Below, one piece after another: positions 1 through 7,713 of a stretch of DNA of 32,000 nucleotides. Source of the DNA: Geotalea uraniireducens Rf4 (lineage in GTDB: Bacteria > Desulfobacterota > Desulfuromonadia > Geobacterales > Geobacteraceae); contig NC_009483.1 of assembly GCF_000016745.1 (NCBI RefSeq), positions 330,001 through 362,000 of the forward strand, in the 5' to 3' direction. Under the pieces are notes generated by a model. It saw only the letters and a list, made by a program, of their open reading frames with translations, made no database searches and was not told the DNA's origin. Both the position numbers and the translations under genes were made by a program. Position 1 is the first letter of the stretch, and every line of letters starts with the position of its first letter.

Positions 1-2478
1 CAGGTTGAAGGTGTCCGCAACCTCCTCACAACCCTGTCCCAATTTCCGGAAGTCAGACGCAAAGATAAAAAGGCGTGTGCCGGGATTTTCCGGGATATTC
101 TCCGCCAGAGCCCTTCCAGCCTGAATATCGGCATTGCCGACACGCAGGGAAATATTATCGCCACCGGCGTACAGCCCCTTCCTTCCCGCTATAGTATCGA
201 GGATAGAAAGTATTTCCAGGACGCCCTGAGAACGAAGCGGTTCAGTGTCGGAGAATATGTAATAAGCAGGGCCGTCGGCAAACCGACGATCCACTTTGCG
301 CTGCCGGTGCTGGATGCGACCGGATCGCCCCTGTCGGTCTTGTATGCCGCCCTCGACCTCACCCAGTTCAACAGCCTTTTCGATGCCCAGAAGCTCCCCC
401 CCAACTCCGCCCTCAACCTGACCGACTACAGGGGGGTCGTTCTTTACCGTTATCCCCTCCACAATATAATCAAGGGTGGCTTCGTGGACCGGCCGGACCT
501 GCGCCGCCGGGTGACCGGTCCTCGTGACGAGGGAGCATTTGTCGATGTCGGCCTTGACGGCGTGAAGCGGTTACTCGCCTTCAAACGGCTGCGCCTCCAT
601 CAGGATGAGCAACCATACCTCTATATCAGGGTTTCCATCCCGGAAAAGGCCGCCTTGGCAGGCGTGAAAAAATATATAGCAAATTCGGCGGCGATTTTTA
701 TCGCAGCGTTACTGAGCGCCCTCGTCGTAACCCGGCTGCTGGCTGGGCGTTACTTGGTGAGCCCCATCGAACAACTCGCAGAAGCTTCCCAGGCGGTTAA
801 GAACGGAGATCTGTCCGCCAGAACAGGCCTGTCTTACAGTGGCGACGAAATCAGCTTTCTTGCCCAATCCTTTGACGCCATGACGGAGTCTCTCGATGCC
901 AGACTGCGTGAACGGGAGGTTGCTGAAGCTTTGCTCAAGGCGAGCGAAGAAAAGTTCCATGCGATTTTCGACCATATGAGCGATGCGATTTTAATACACG
1001 ACATGGCGACCGGCGCAATTCTCGATGTTAATCAGGCCATGTGCGGCATGTACGGCTACAGTCATGACGAGGCTTGCGCCATAGATGTCGAGGCCATCAG
1101 TCAGGGGGCCACGCCTTACACGCAGAAAGAAGCCATGGCCTGGATGGAGCTGGCTGCAAATGGAGAACCTCAACTTTTCGAATGGCTCTGCAAACACCGT
1201 GACGGACATCTTTTCTGGGTGGAAGTGAGTATGCGGCGGGCATCGATCGGCGGCATCGAGCGTTTGATCGTACTGGCGCGCGACATTTCCGAGCGCAAGG
1301 CGGCGGAAGACGAGAAGAAAAGCCTGATGGAGCAGTTGAACCAAGCCCAGAGGATGGAATCCGTAGGTCGACTGGCAGGGGGGATCGCCCATGATTTCAA
1401 CAACCTTTTGACGCCGATCATCGGTTTTGCCGACATAGCCCGGCGGGAAGCGCCCGAAAACAGCCCAACCGTAGAAAAAATGGAGCGCATCCTGCGTGCC
1501 GCATTCCGTGCAAAAGAGCTGGTCCAGCAGCTCCTGAGCTTCGGGCGCAAACAGTTACTGGACATGAAAATCACCGATCTCAACACGGTTGTCTCTTCGT
1601 TTGCCGAAATACTGCGCAGAACCATTCGCGAGAGTATCGACATCCGGCTGCGGCTTACGCCGGAATTGGACGGAATTTGTGCCGACAAGACCCACATTGA
1701 GCAGATCCTGATGAACTTGTTGGTCAATGCCCAGGACGCCATTGACGGCAAGGGGATAATATCCGTAGAAACCGCGCCTGTCGTGCTTGACGAGGAATAT
1801 GCCCGCCACCATGCCAATGTCATCCCGGGCCACTATGTCATGCTGGCTGTCAGCGACTCGGGTTGTGGGATGGATCGGGAAACACAGGATCATATCTTTG
1901 AGCCGTTTTTTACCACGAAAAAGGCGGGGGAGGGGACCGGACTCGGTTTGGCAACCGTCTACGGCATCGTTAAGCAACATGGGGGTAATGTCTGGGTTTA
2001 CTCGGAACCGGGCCAAGGGACCGTCTTTAAACTCTACTTCCCGAGAGTCGTGGCGATGCCGTGCCTGAAAAACGAGGAGAGCATTGCTGCCCCGGCCATA
2101 CCAGCGGCACACGGGAGCATCCTTCTCGTGGAGGACGATGAAATGGTCCGGACGATGGTCAAAGAGTTGTTGGCCGGAAGCGGCTATGACGTTATCGAAA
2201 CCGACGACCCATGTCATGCCCTTTCACTGGTCGACGGCCGGGTAATAGATCTTCTCATAACCGACGTGATCATGCCGGACATGAACGGGCCGGAATTGCA
2301 CAAACAGCTCCTGTCCGTGCATCCCGGGCTGAAAGTCGTCTTCATGTCGGGGTATACCGACAATGTCGTCGTCCAGTACTTGGACGCGTCGGACCTGGGC
2401 AACTTTATTCAGAAGCCGTTCACGGTGCAGGCAATGTCCGCCAAGATTGCCGGAATCCTAGGAGACTGTCGGACTTAG
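1..2478 (+). CDS. Hybrid sensor histidine kinase (Cache-like periplasmic sensor, TM, HAMP, PAS, HisKA, HATPase_c, C-terminal receiver); 5' end lies outside the window
   Basis: Frame 1 is open from base 1 (QVEGVRNLLTTL...IADTQGNIIATG...RKYFQDAL) and runs into the listed ORF 307..2478, so the M at 307 is internal. Motifs: HAMP-like VSPIEQLAEASQAVKNGDLSAR; PAS SEEKFHAIFDHMSDAILIHD; H-box GGIAHDFNNLLTPI; ATPase boxes LMNLLVNAQDAI, DSGCGMD, GTGLGLATVYGIV; receiver ILLVEDDE...LLITDVIMPDMNG...FIQKPF. Confidence 0.9.
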   Translation, partial: QVEGVRNLLTTLSQFPEVRRKDKKACAGIFRDILRQSPSSLNIGIADTQGNIIATGVQPLPSRYSIEDRKYFQDALRTKRFSVGEYVISRAVGKPTIHFALPVLDATGSPLSVLYAALDLTQFNSLFDAQKLPPNSALNLTDYRGVVLYRYPLHNIIKGGFVDRPDLRRRVTGPRDEGAFVDVGLDGVKRLLAFKRLRLHQDEQPYLYIRVSIPEKAALAGVKKYIANSAAIFIAALLSALVVTRLLAGRYLVSPIEQLAEASQAVKNGDLSARTGLSYSGDEISFLAQSFDAMTESLDARLREREVAEALLKASEEKFHAIFDHMSDAILIHDMATGAILDVNQAMCGMYGYSHDEACAIDVEAISQGATPYTQKEAMAWMELAANGEPQLFEWLCKHRDGHLFWVEVSMRRASIGGIERLIVLARDISERKAAEDEKKSLMEQLNQAQRMESVGRLAGGIAHDFNNLLTPIIGFADIARREAPENSPTVEKMERILRAAFRAKELVQQLLSFGRKQLLDMKITDLNTVVSSFAEILRRTIRESIDIRLRLTPELDGICADKTHIEQILMNLLVNAQDAIDGKGIISVETAPVVLDEEYARHHANVIPGHYVMLAVSDSGCGMDRETQDHIFEPFFTTKKAGEGTGLGLATVYGIVKQHGGNVWVYSEPGQGTVFKLYFPRVVAMPCLKNEESIAAPAIPAAHGSILLVEDDEMVRTMVKELLAGSGYDVIETDDPCHALSLVDGRVIDLLITDVIMPDMNGPELHKQLLSVHPGLKVVFMSGYTDNVVVQYLDASDLGNFIQKPFTVQAMSAKIAGILGDCRT

Positions 2479-2625
2479 GAATGAATCTACTGCGAGAATG
2501 GCAAATCGGTCCATATTTCCGTAAATTTTCGACGAATAGGTCCACTATTAGCTCTCAAATTTCCGGAAATCTGTCCTCGATTTTCCATCCTCTCGCTACG
2601 ATTCCCTAAGTCCGACAGGCTCCTG
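2460..2625. repeat. MITE-like long imperfect palindromic repeat element (full copy)
   Basis: A perfect 14-bp terminal inverted repeat: CTGTCGGACTTAGG at 2466-2479 and CCTAAGTCCGACAG at 2605-2618. It extends to about 20 bp (AGGAGnCTGTCGGACTTAGG). By hand alignment the two roughly 62-nt arms are about three-quarters complementary around a central loop of about 25 nt. The left ~51 nt recur at 5491-5541 with one mismatch. No credible ORF lies inside. Confidence 0.6.
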
Positions 2626-2656
2626 AGAGTCTGAATAACAGACATATACCTGATAC

Positions 2657-2690
2657 GCAAGGCGGCCATTGGCCGCCTTGCTCGTTTTTC
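2657..2690 (+). terminator. Rho-independent terminator after the hybrid kinase gene
   Basis: GC-rich hairpin GCAAGGCGGCCATTGGCCGCCTTGC (palindromic core GGCGGCCATTGGCCGCC, 2661-2677) followed by CTCGTTTTT. Confidence 0.7.
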
Positions 2691-2752
2691 ACCTGAAAAG
2701 CGAAATTAATCCATCGGCAGGAACACATCCGCTTGCGATACCTGCGGTTGAC

Positions 2753-2781
2753 TTGACGGAATGATGAGGGAGAATTAATAC
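2753..2781 (+). promoter_or_regulatory. Candidate sigma-70 promoter for the thioredoxin-fold membrane protein gene
   Basis: TTGACG (2753-2758), 17-nt spacer, TAATAC (2776-2781), about 40 nt upstream of the ATG at 2823. Pattern match only. Confidence 0.3.
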
Positions 2782-2822
2782 TGGGTGTCGAAGATACTGC
2801 GTTACGGTTCTTCGAGGTGATT

Positions 2823-4076
2823 ATGATCCGGATTTTTCGGTTAGCAGCAGCATGTATCGTCCTCTTTCTATTACAGACCGTCCCGGCAAATGCCGTTAAG
2901 GGAGACGTCACGCTCCACTACTTCTGGGGCGAAGGATGCAGCCATTGTGCCCGGGCCAAGCCGTTCGTGGCGGACCTGGCCAAACGCTACCCGCGCCTGC
3001 AAGTCCATGACTACGAAGTGTTTCACAACCAGGAAAACCTGGACCTCTTGCTGCGGATGGCCGAGGAACGGGGAGGAAAGGCAACGGGGGTCCCCACATT
3101 CATTGTCGGGGAGCGGATGTTTTCGGGGTTTTCCCCCGAAACCGCCGGTGAACTGAAAGAATGGGTGGAGTTGTCCATAATCCGTGAGGGCGGTTCAGGG
3201 GCGGCTTCACTGTCAGGTCCCGCAGACATCCTTACCATCCCTTTCATCGGCAGGGTGGACACAACTTCTCTTTCGCTTCCTTTCTTTACCATCGTCATTG
3301 CCGCCTTGGACAGCTTCAACCCATGTGCTTTTTTCGTGCTGCTCTTCCTTCTCAGTCTCCTGATCCATGCCCATTCGCGGTCGCGCATAATGCTGATCGG
3401 CGGCATCTTCGTGTTCTTCTCGGGCTTTGTCTATTTTCTCTTCATGGCAGCGTGGCTCAATCTCTTTATGCTGGTTGGGCATCTTCCTGCCATTACCATT
3501 GCTGCGGGTATTCTGGCGATTGTCGTTGCGGCCATTAATATCAAGGACTTCTTCTTTTTCGAGCAAGGGGTTTCCCTGGTCATTCCGAAACGGGCGAAGC
3601 CGCGGCTTTTCGAACAGATGCGGGAAATCATGAGGGCAGGGCGACTTCCGGCAATGATCGGTTCCACGATAGTGCTCTCGGCGGCAGCCAACAGCTATGA
3701 ACTCCTCTGCACCGCCGGCTTTCCCATGGTCTTCACCAGGGTACTGACCTTGCACCAACTGCCGACAACAGCCTATTATCTCTACCTGGTATTTTACAAC
3801 CTGGTCTACGTGGTGCCGTTGGCAATCATCGTGGCAATCTTTACTGTGACACTGGGGAGCAGGAAGCTGAGCGAATGGCAGGGACGGCTTTTGAAGCTGG
3901 TTTCCGGAAGCATGATGCTCTGTCTCGGCGGCGTGCTCCTGGTTCGGCCGGCGCTCCTCAGCAACGCGCTGCTCTCTTTTGTTATTCTTGCAGTTGCGCT
4001 TCTGGGGGCATGGCTGACCGTTGCCGTCTCACGGCGGCTGAGCCCGGAACGATTCAGCGACTCTTCCAGGTCCTGA
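2823..4076 (+). CDS. Secreted thioredoxin-fold domain (CSHC) fused to a DsbD/CcdA-like polytopic membrane domain
   Basis: Signal-like N-terminus MIRIFRLAAACIVLFLLQTVPANA. Trx/Grx-like HYFWGEGCSHCARAKPF...GVPTFIVGERMFSGF. Multiple hydrophobic helices follow, with LDSFNPCAFF and ELLCTAGFP motifs typical of DsbD-type electron-transfer membrane domains. The SD GAGG 5 nt before the ATG at 2823 is preferred over the GTG at 2817. Confidence 0.8.
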   Translation: MIRIFRLAAACIVLFLLQTVPANAVKGDVTLHYFWGEGCSHCARAKPFVADLAKRYPRLQVHDYEVFHNQENLDLLLRMAEERGGKATGVPTFIVGERMFSGFSPETAGELKEWVELSIIREGGSGAASLSGPADILTIPFIGRVDTTSLSLPFFTIVIAALDSFNPCAFFVLLFLLSLLIHAHSRSRIMLIGGIFVFFSGFVYFLFMAAWLNLFMLVGHLPAITIAAGILAIVVAAINIKDFFFFEQGVSLVIPKRAKPRLFEQMREIMRAGRLPAMIGSTIVLSAAANSYELLCTAGFPMVFTRVLTLHQLPTTAYYLYLVFYNLVYVVPLAIIVAIFTVTLGSRKLSEWQGRLLKLVSGSMMLCLGGVLLVRPALLSNALLSFVILAVALLGAWLTVAVSRRLSPERFSDSSRS

Positions 4077-4205
4077 ATTTACGATTTGGCGCTGCTGCAT
4101 GTTTTCGGCTGACAATTGTCCTGAAATATCCCCTTTTCGCTTAATGAGCAGGACGGCCTTTACGGTCACCATGCCCCTGTGCTAGGATGCCGACAGGGGG
4201 AAAAC

Positions 4206-5462
4206 ATGCCTGAACACAGCCGGAAGCGCCGCCAGCGCTGGATAATCTTTTCGGTTCTGGCCCTGATGTATATTCTTGTCTATTTCTACCGTGTCTCCCT
4301 GGCGGTGGTGGCGGGGGATATCTCCCGCGAACTCCGGCTCACACCCCAGCAGCTCGGTACCCTCTCGGGCATCCTCTTCTACGTCTACGCCGTGGCCCAA
4401 CTCCCGCTGGGACCAATGATCGATCGGCTGGGAAGCCGGCTGGTGATCAGCGGTTGCGGCGTGTTGACCGCCATCGGCGGTATCCTGTTTTCCCATGCGG
4501 ACAGCCTGGCCGTCGCCATGGCGGCGCGGATGCTGATCGGTGTCGGCACAGCCTCGGTGCTGATGGCCACCTTCACCATCTTCAGCCACTGGTTTACAAA
4601 ACAGGAGTTCGGCCGTGTTTCCGGCTTCATGGTGGCCGTCGGCAACCTGGGGAACCTTTCGGCCACGGCTCCCCTGGCACTGGCAGTGGCTGCCTTCGGC
4701 TGGCGTAACTCGTTTCTGGCGATCGGTGTCGTTCAGGCGCTGGTCACGGTGCTGGTCTTCGGCATGGTCCGGGATCGGCCTTCGGCTGCCGATGGAGGGG
4801 ATGGCGGACAGTCGGGCGCGCGGCCCGCAGGGATGTTTGCTGCCTGGCGGGAGATTTTCGGCAATGTGAATTTCTGGCTGCTGGGAGTGATCTCTTTCTT
4901 TTGGTACGGCAACTACCTGGCGTTACAAGGGTTATGGGGGGGGCCCTACCTGATGGAGGTGCTGCATCTCTCCCGTGCCGCCACCGGACAGATGCTGATG
5001 TTCACCTCCCTCGGGTTCATCAGCGGCAGCATGGTGACCGACACCATCGCCCGCAAGCTGTTTCGCTCCTATAAAAAGACCCTGGTGACGGGGCAGGTGA
5101 TGCTCCTGGCGCTCATGTCAGGCTTTTTGGGTATTGCCGAACTGCTGCCGCATCCGCTCCTGGCGGCCGGGTTCTTCGCCATTGGGCTGGCGGTCTCCAG
5201 CGGGGTGATGATCTACCCGATCATCCGCTCCATGTTCAGGGTAGAGATCGTGGGAACAGCGCTTACCTCGCTAAATTTCTTCGTCCTGATGGGGGCGGCG
5301 GTGACCCAGCAGGTGATGGGGGTGATCGTCGGTTCCTTCGGCCGCGGGGCAACGGGGACACTCCCCCGGGCGTATCACGCAGCCTTCGCCTTTCCGGTCG
5401 CAGGTCTCGCCATTGCCATCGTTTTCTACCTGTTTGCCAGGGATTATTCGGATAAAGAGTGA
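4206..5462 (+). CDS. MFS transporter
   Basis: About 12 predicted hydrophobic helices. MFS signature-like GPMIDRLGSRLV between TM2 and TM3. The SD AGGGGGA precedes the ATG at 4206, which lies in frame inside the listed ORF that starts at 4179. Confidence 0.85.
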   Translation: MPEHSRKRRQRWIIFSVLALMYILVYFYRVSLAVVAGDISRELRLTPQQLGTLSGILFYVYAVAQLPLGPMIDRLGSRLVISGCGVLTAIGGILFSHADSLAVAMAARMLIGVGTASVLMATFTIFSHWFTKQEFGRVSGFMVAVGNLGNLSATAPLALAVAAFGWRNSFLAIGVVQALVTVLVFGMVRDRPSAADGGDGGQSGARPAGMFAAWREIFGNVNFWLLGVISFFWYGNYLALQGLWGGPYLMEVLHLSRAATGQMLMFTSLGFISGSMVTDTIARKLFRSYKKTLVTGQVMLLALMSGFLGIAELLPHPLLAAGFFAIGLAVSSGVMIYPIIRSMFRVEIVGTALTSLNFFVLMGAAVTQQVMGVIVGSFGRGATGTLPRAYHAAFAFPVAGLAIAIVFYLFARDYSDKE

Positions 5463-5484
5463 AAGAGTAATGTCGTTGAGGAGC

Positions 5485-5541
5485 CAGGAGCTGTCGGACT
5501 TAGGAATGAATCTACTGCGAGGATGGCAAATCGGTCCATAT
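5485..5541. repeat. Partial second copy (left arm only) of the 2460-2625 repeat element
   Basis: CTGTCGGACTTAGGAATGAATCTACTGCGAGGATGGCAAATCGGTCCATAT at 5491-5541 matches 2466-2516 with one mismatch, in the same orientation. The flanking CAGGAG also matches the extended terminus. It sits between the convergent MFS and DUF3820 gene ends. Confidence 0.6.
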
Positions 5542-5542
5542 C

Positions 5543-5767
5543 TCAGCGCAGCGGATCGAAGAGGAACTCCAGTCCGTTGACCTTGATCTCGTAGACCGTC
5601 CGCAGCGAGTCGCCCAGTTTTCCCTCGGGGAATCCCTGCCGGGCGAACCAGACCACATAAGGCTCGGGCAGGTCGATCAGCCGCCATCCCTGGTACTTGC
5701 CGAAGGGCATGCGCATCCCGGCCAGTTCAAGCAGCGCCTGGTGGTCGAAGGTAGGTGCGGAATCCAT
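5543..5767 (-). CDS. DUF3820 family protein
   Basis: The 74-aa sequence MPFGKYQGWRLIDLPEPYVVWFARQGFPEGKLG...IKVNGLEFL matches my memory of the DUF3820 (QSregVF_b-type) family. Its ATG lies 3 nt after the stop of the upstream dus-like gene (TGAACCATG), which suggests translational coupling. Confidence 0.75.
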   Translation of the reverse strand: MDSAPTFDHQALLELAGMRMPFGKYQGWRLIDLPEPYVVWFARQGFPEGKLGDSLRTVYEIKVNGLEFLFDPLR

Positions 5768-5770
5768 GGT

Positions 5771-6772
5771 TCAGCCGAGCCCATTGAGTGCGGTTGCAAA
5801 GGCCTGTATGTTCTTGGACTTCCGCAATTGCCTGATGGTCTTCTCGAAGAACGGATCATCCATGAAGTTGAATACCTCCTTGATCTTGGCGAGCACCTGG
5901 GCGTCGCCGCAGAATAGCTCGCCATAGCGTGCCAGCAGTTCCCGCAGATAATGGTGCAGCATTGCCGCGCGTTCGTCTTGATCCGGTTCCGCGTTCGCCC
6001 CGCCACGCAGTCTTTCGAACAGCAGGGGGTCTGCAATGGCGCCTCTACCCAGCATCAGCCCGGCGGCGCCGGTCTCCTGCAGCACGCGCAACCCAACGGC
6101 GGCGCTCCTGATGTCGCCGTTGGCGATGACCGGCAGCCGGGTATGCCGCACAACCTGAGCGGTGACGGCGTGGTCTGCCGCCCCGCCATATTTCTGAACC
6201 ACCGTGCGGGGGTGGAGGACGAGAAAATCAACACTGGCGGTTTCGAACAGGGGGAGCAGGTCGAATATTTGCCCGTGGTCGTCGTAGCCTGCCCGCAGCT
6301 TGATGGAAAAGGTCCCGTCGATTGCCCGGCGCAGGGCAGGGATGATTTCCGCAAGGTCCTCGGGGCGTTGCAGCATGCCGCCGCCTGTCAGGCCGGAGGT
6401 CATGCGTCCGTAGGGGCAGCCCATGTTGAGGTTGATGTGCACGGCTCCGGCAGCCTGAGCAGCCTGGGCTGCCGATACCAATGCCTCCCTGCCGTGACCG
6501 ATCAGTTGCACGACCAGGGGGACGTTCCCTTCACTGGCGGTTATCTCACGCAGGTCGCCGGCGGAAAGCCGCCTGATGGGCGCAGCGGCATTGACCCGCA
6601 TGAATTCGGTGAACACCACGTCGGGGCGGACCCAGTCAATGAACAGGGAGCGCATGGCGCGGTTGGTCACACCCTGCATGGGTGCAAGCATCAGCGGGGT
6701 CTCACCCTGCTGCCAGGGAAGGCGACCGGGCACAACTGCGGCAGCCGGAGAGGGCATCTTTTCCCGGTTCAT
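5771..6772 (-). CDS. tRNA-dihydrouridine synthase (Dus family)
   Basis: MLAPMQGVTNRAMR, INLNMGCP (catalytic Cys region), SIKLRAGYDD and LVLHPRT are typical of Dus TIM-barrel flavoenzymes. Confidence 0.9.
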   Translation of the reverse strand: MNREKMPSPAAAVVPGRLPWQQGETPLMLAPMQGVTNRAMRSLFIDWVRPDVVFTEFMRVNAAAPIRRLSAGDLREITASEGNVPLVVQLIGHGREALVSAAQAAQAAGAVHINLNMGCPYGRMTSGLTGGGMLQRPEDLAEIIPALRRAIDGTFSIKLRAGYDDHGQIFDLLPLFETASVDFLVLHPRTVVQKYGGAADHAVTAQVVRHTRLPVIANGDIRSAAVGLRVLQETGAAGLMLGRGAIADPLLFERLRGGANAEPDQDERAAMLHHYLRELLARYGELFCGDAQVLAKIKEVFNFMDDPFFEKTIRQLRKSKNIQAFATALNGLG

Positions 6773-6861
6773 CGTGGTTCTCCGGGTTTTTTAGGCGTTT
6801 GTGGATAACGGTGCATCTTGGCAGCAGCTTTCAGCAGATTTTTTTGTTACCATACACAATT

Positions 6862-6886
6862 CAAAGGCGGCCAATGGCCGCCTTTG
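6862..6886 (-). terminator. Terminator hairpin after the FKBP gene (shared palindromic core)
   Basis: CAAAGGCGGCCAATGGCCGCCTTTG. In the transcript (minus) orientation the core reads GGCGGCCATTGGCCGCC, identical to 2661-2677. The downstream U-tract is weak (TTTGAATTGTG). Confidence 0.5.
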
Positions 6887-6935
6887 TTGTAATACCAATG
6901 AAATTGGAATAACGTCTGCATTTTACGAACGGGAT

Positions 6936-7442
6936 TTAGAGGATTTCCACAAGCTCTATTTCGAACGTGAGGTTTTCCCCTGCCAGGGGGTGATTTGCGT
7001 CGAGGGTGATGCCTTCTTCGGTCACCTCGACCACCGTCACTTCCAGCTCTTCGCCGTCTTCATCGGTGAACTCCAGCTCCTGGCCGACTTCCGGGGTGAT
7101 GTCGGCAGGTACCTGGTCCCGGCCGATGGTGAAGACCTGCGTCTCGTCGTATTCGCCGAAGGCGTCTTCCGCAGGGATGACGACGGTTTTTTTCTCGCCG
7201 GGGGCCATGCCGACCAGCGCGTCCTCGATCTTACTGAAGAACTCCTCTTCGCCGATGGTGAGTTCCATGGGGCCGACTTCGCAGCCGCATCCTTCGGAAT
7301 CGCTGCCGCAGTCGTCGGAGTCACAACCGCAGTCGTCAGCGCCGCAATCATCGTGCTCCAGGGTGGTATCGATGACGGTGCCGTCTTCCAGTGTGCCGGT
7401 GAAGTTGATTTTTACTTTGTCGCCTTTTTTTGCCAGTGCCAT
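6936..7442 (-). CDS. FKBP-type peptidyl-prolyl cis-trans isomerase, SlyD-like, with an internal Cys/Asp-rich insert
   Basis: KGDKVKINFTGTLEDGTV..., ...IGEEEFFSKIEDALVGMAPGEKKTVVIPAEDAFGEYD... and ITLDANHPLAGENLTFEIELVEI are the FKBP and IF-domain signatures of SlyD-type PPIases. The insert is HDDCGADDCGCDSDDCGSDSEGCGCE. Confidence 0.85.
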   Translation of the reverse strand: MALAKKGDKVKINFTGTLEDGTVIDTTLEHDDCGADDCGCDSDDCGSDSEGCGCEVGPMELTIGEEEFFSKIEDALVGMAPGEKKTVVIPAEDAFGEYDETQVFTIGRDQVPADITPEVGQELEFTDEDGEELEVTVVEVTEEGITLDANHPLAGENLTFEIELVEIL

Positions 7443-7677
7443 TAATGAATTATCCTTCCGTGTGAAATGTTATACAGCCGACTGCTGTTTTCATTAAATG
7501 GTACGTGGGACCATGCCATTTAGTCCAGCAAAATCGACACGGGGTCGACAAATTTTTCTCAAGTTGCCTTCAGGTTTGGCTTAGAAGCGACTTTTTTCTC
7601 TGAAGCGGAATTGGGCGGAGGGGGATGGCTTTGTAGTGCGCGGAATATAAAGCTGGTGATGTGCTTTTAAACGTCGA

Positions 7678-7696
7678 AGGCGGCCAATGGCCGCCT
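7678..7696 (-). terminator. Terminator-like hairpin after the PNPOx-family gene (shared palindromic core)
   Basis: AGGCGGCCAATGGCCGCCT sits 18 nt downstream of the stop at 7714 and carries the same 17-nt core as 2661-2677 and 6866-6882. The U-tract is poor. Confidence 0.45.
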
Positions 7697-7713
7697 CTTG
7701 ATTCAAGAATCTG

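Noticed and set aside
709-2402. Minus-strand and alternative-frame ORFs inside the kinase gene (709..975, 991..1392, 1170..1823, 1555..2217, 1787..2068, 2214..2402).
   Set aside because: These are shadow ORFs typical of GC-rich coding DNA. Their translations are low-complexity or Arg/Ser/Pro-rich with no motifs, and they are fully overlapped by a well-supported CDS.
307-2478. The ORF-track start (M at 307) for the hybrid kinase.
   Set aside because: The same frame is open back to base 1 and encodes plausible Cache-like sensor sequence. The gene is therefore 5'-truncated by the window, and 307 is an internal Met.
2479-2816. A possible GEMM (c-di-GMP/cGAMP) riboswitch, common in Geobacter, in this region and in the other long intergenic regions (12215-12342, 20001-20303).
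   Set aside because: I could not find the paired GNRA tetraloop/receptor hairpins or the conserved ACGCAAAGC-type core. No support by eye.
2211-2911. ORFs 2211..2609 (+), 2487..2669 (-) and 2606..2911 (-), which cross the repeat element and the terminator.
   Set aside because: They run through the palindromic repeat and the terminator hairpin and have no RBS or recognisable motif. The GGQWPP-type peptides are just translations of the GGCGGCCA(A/T)TGGCCGCC hairpin.
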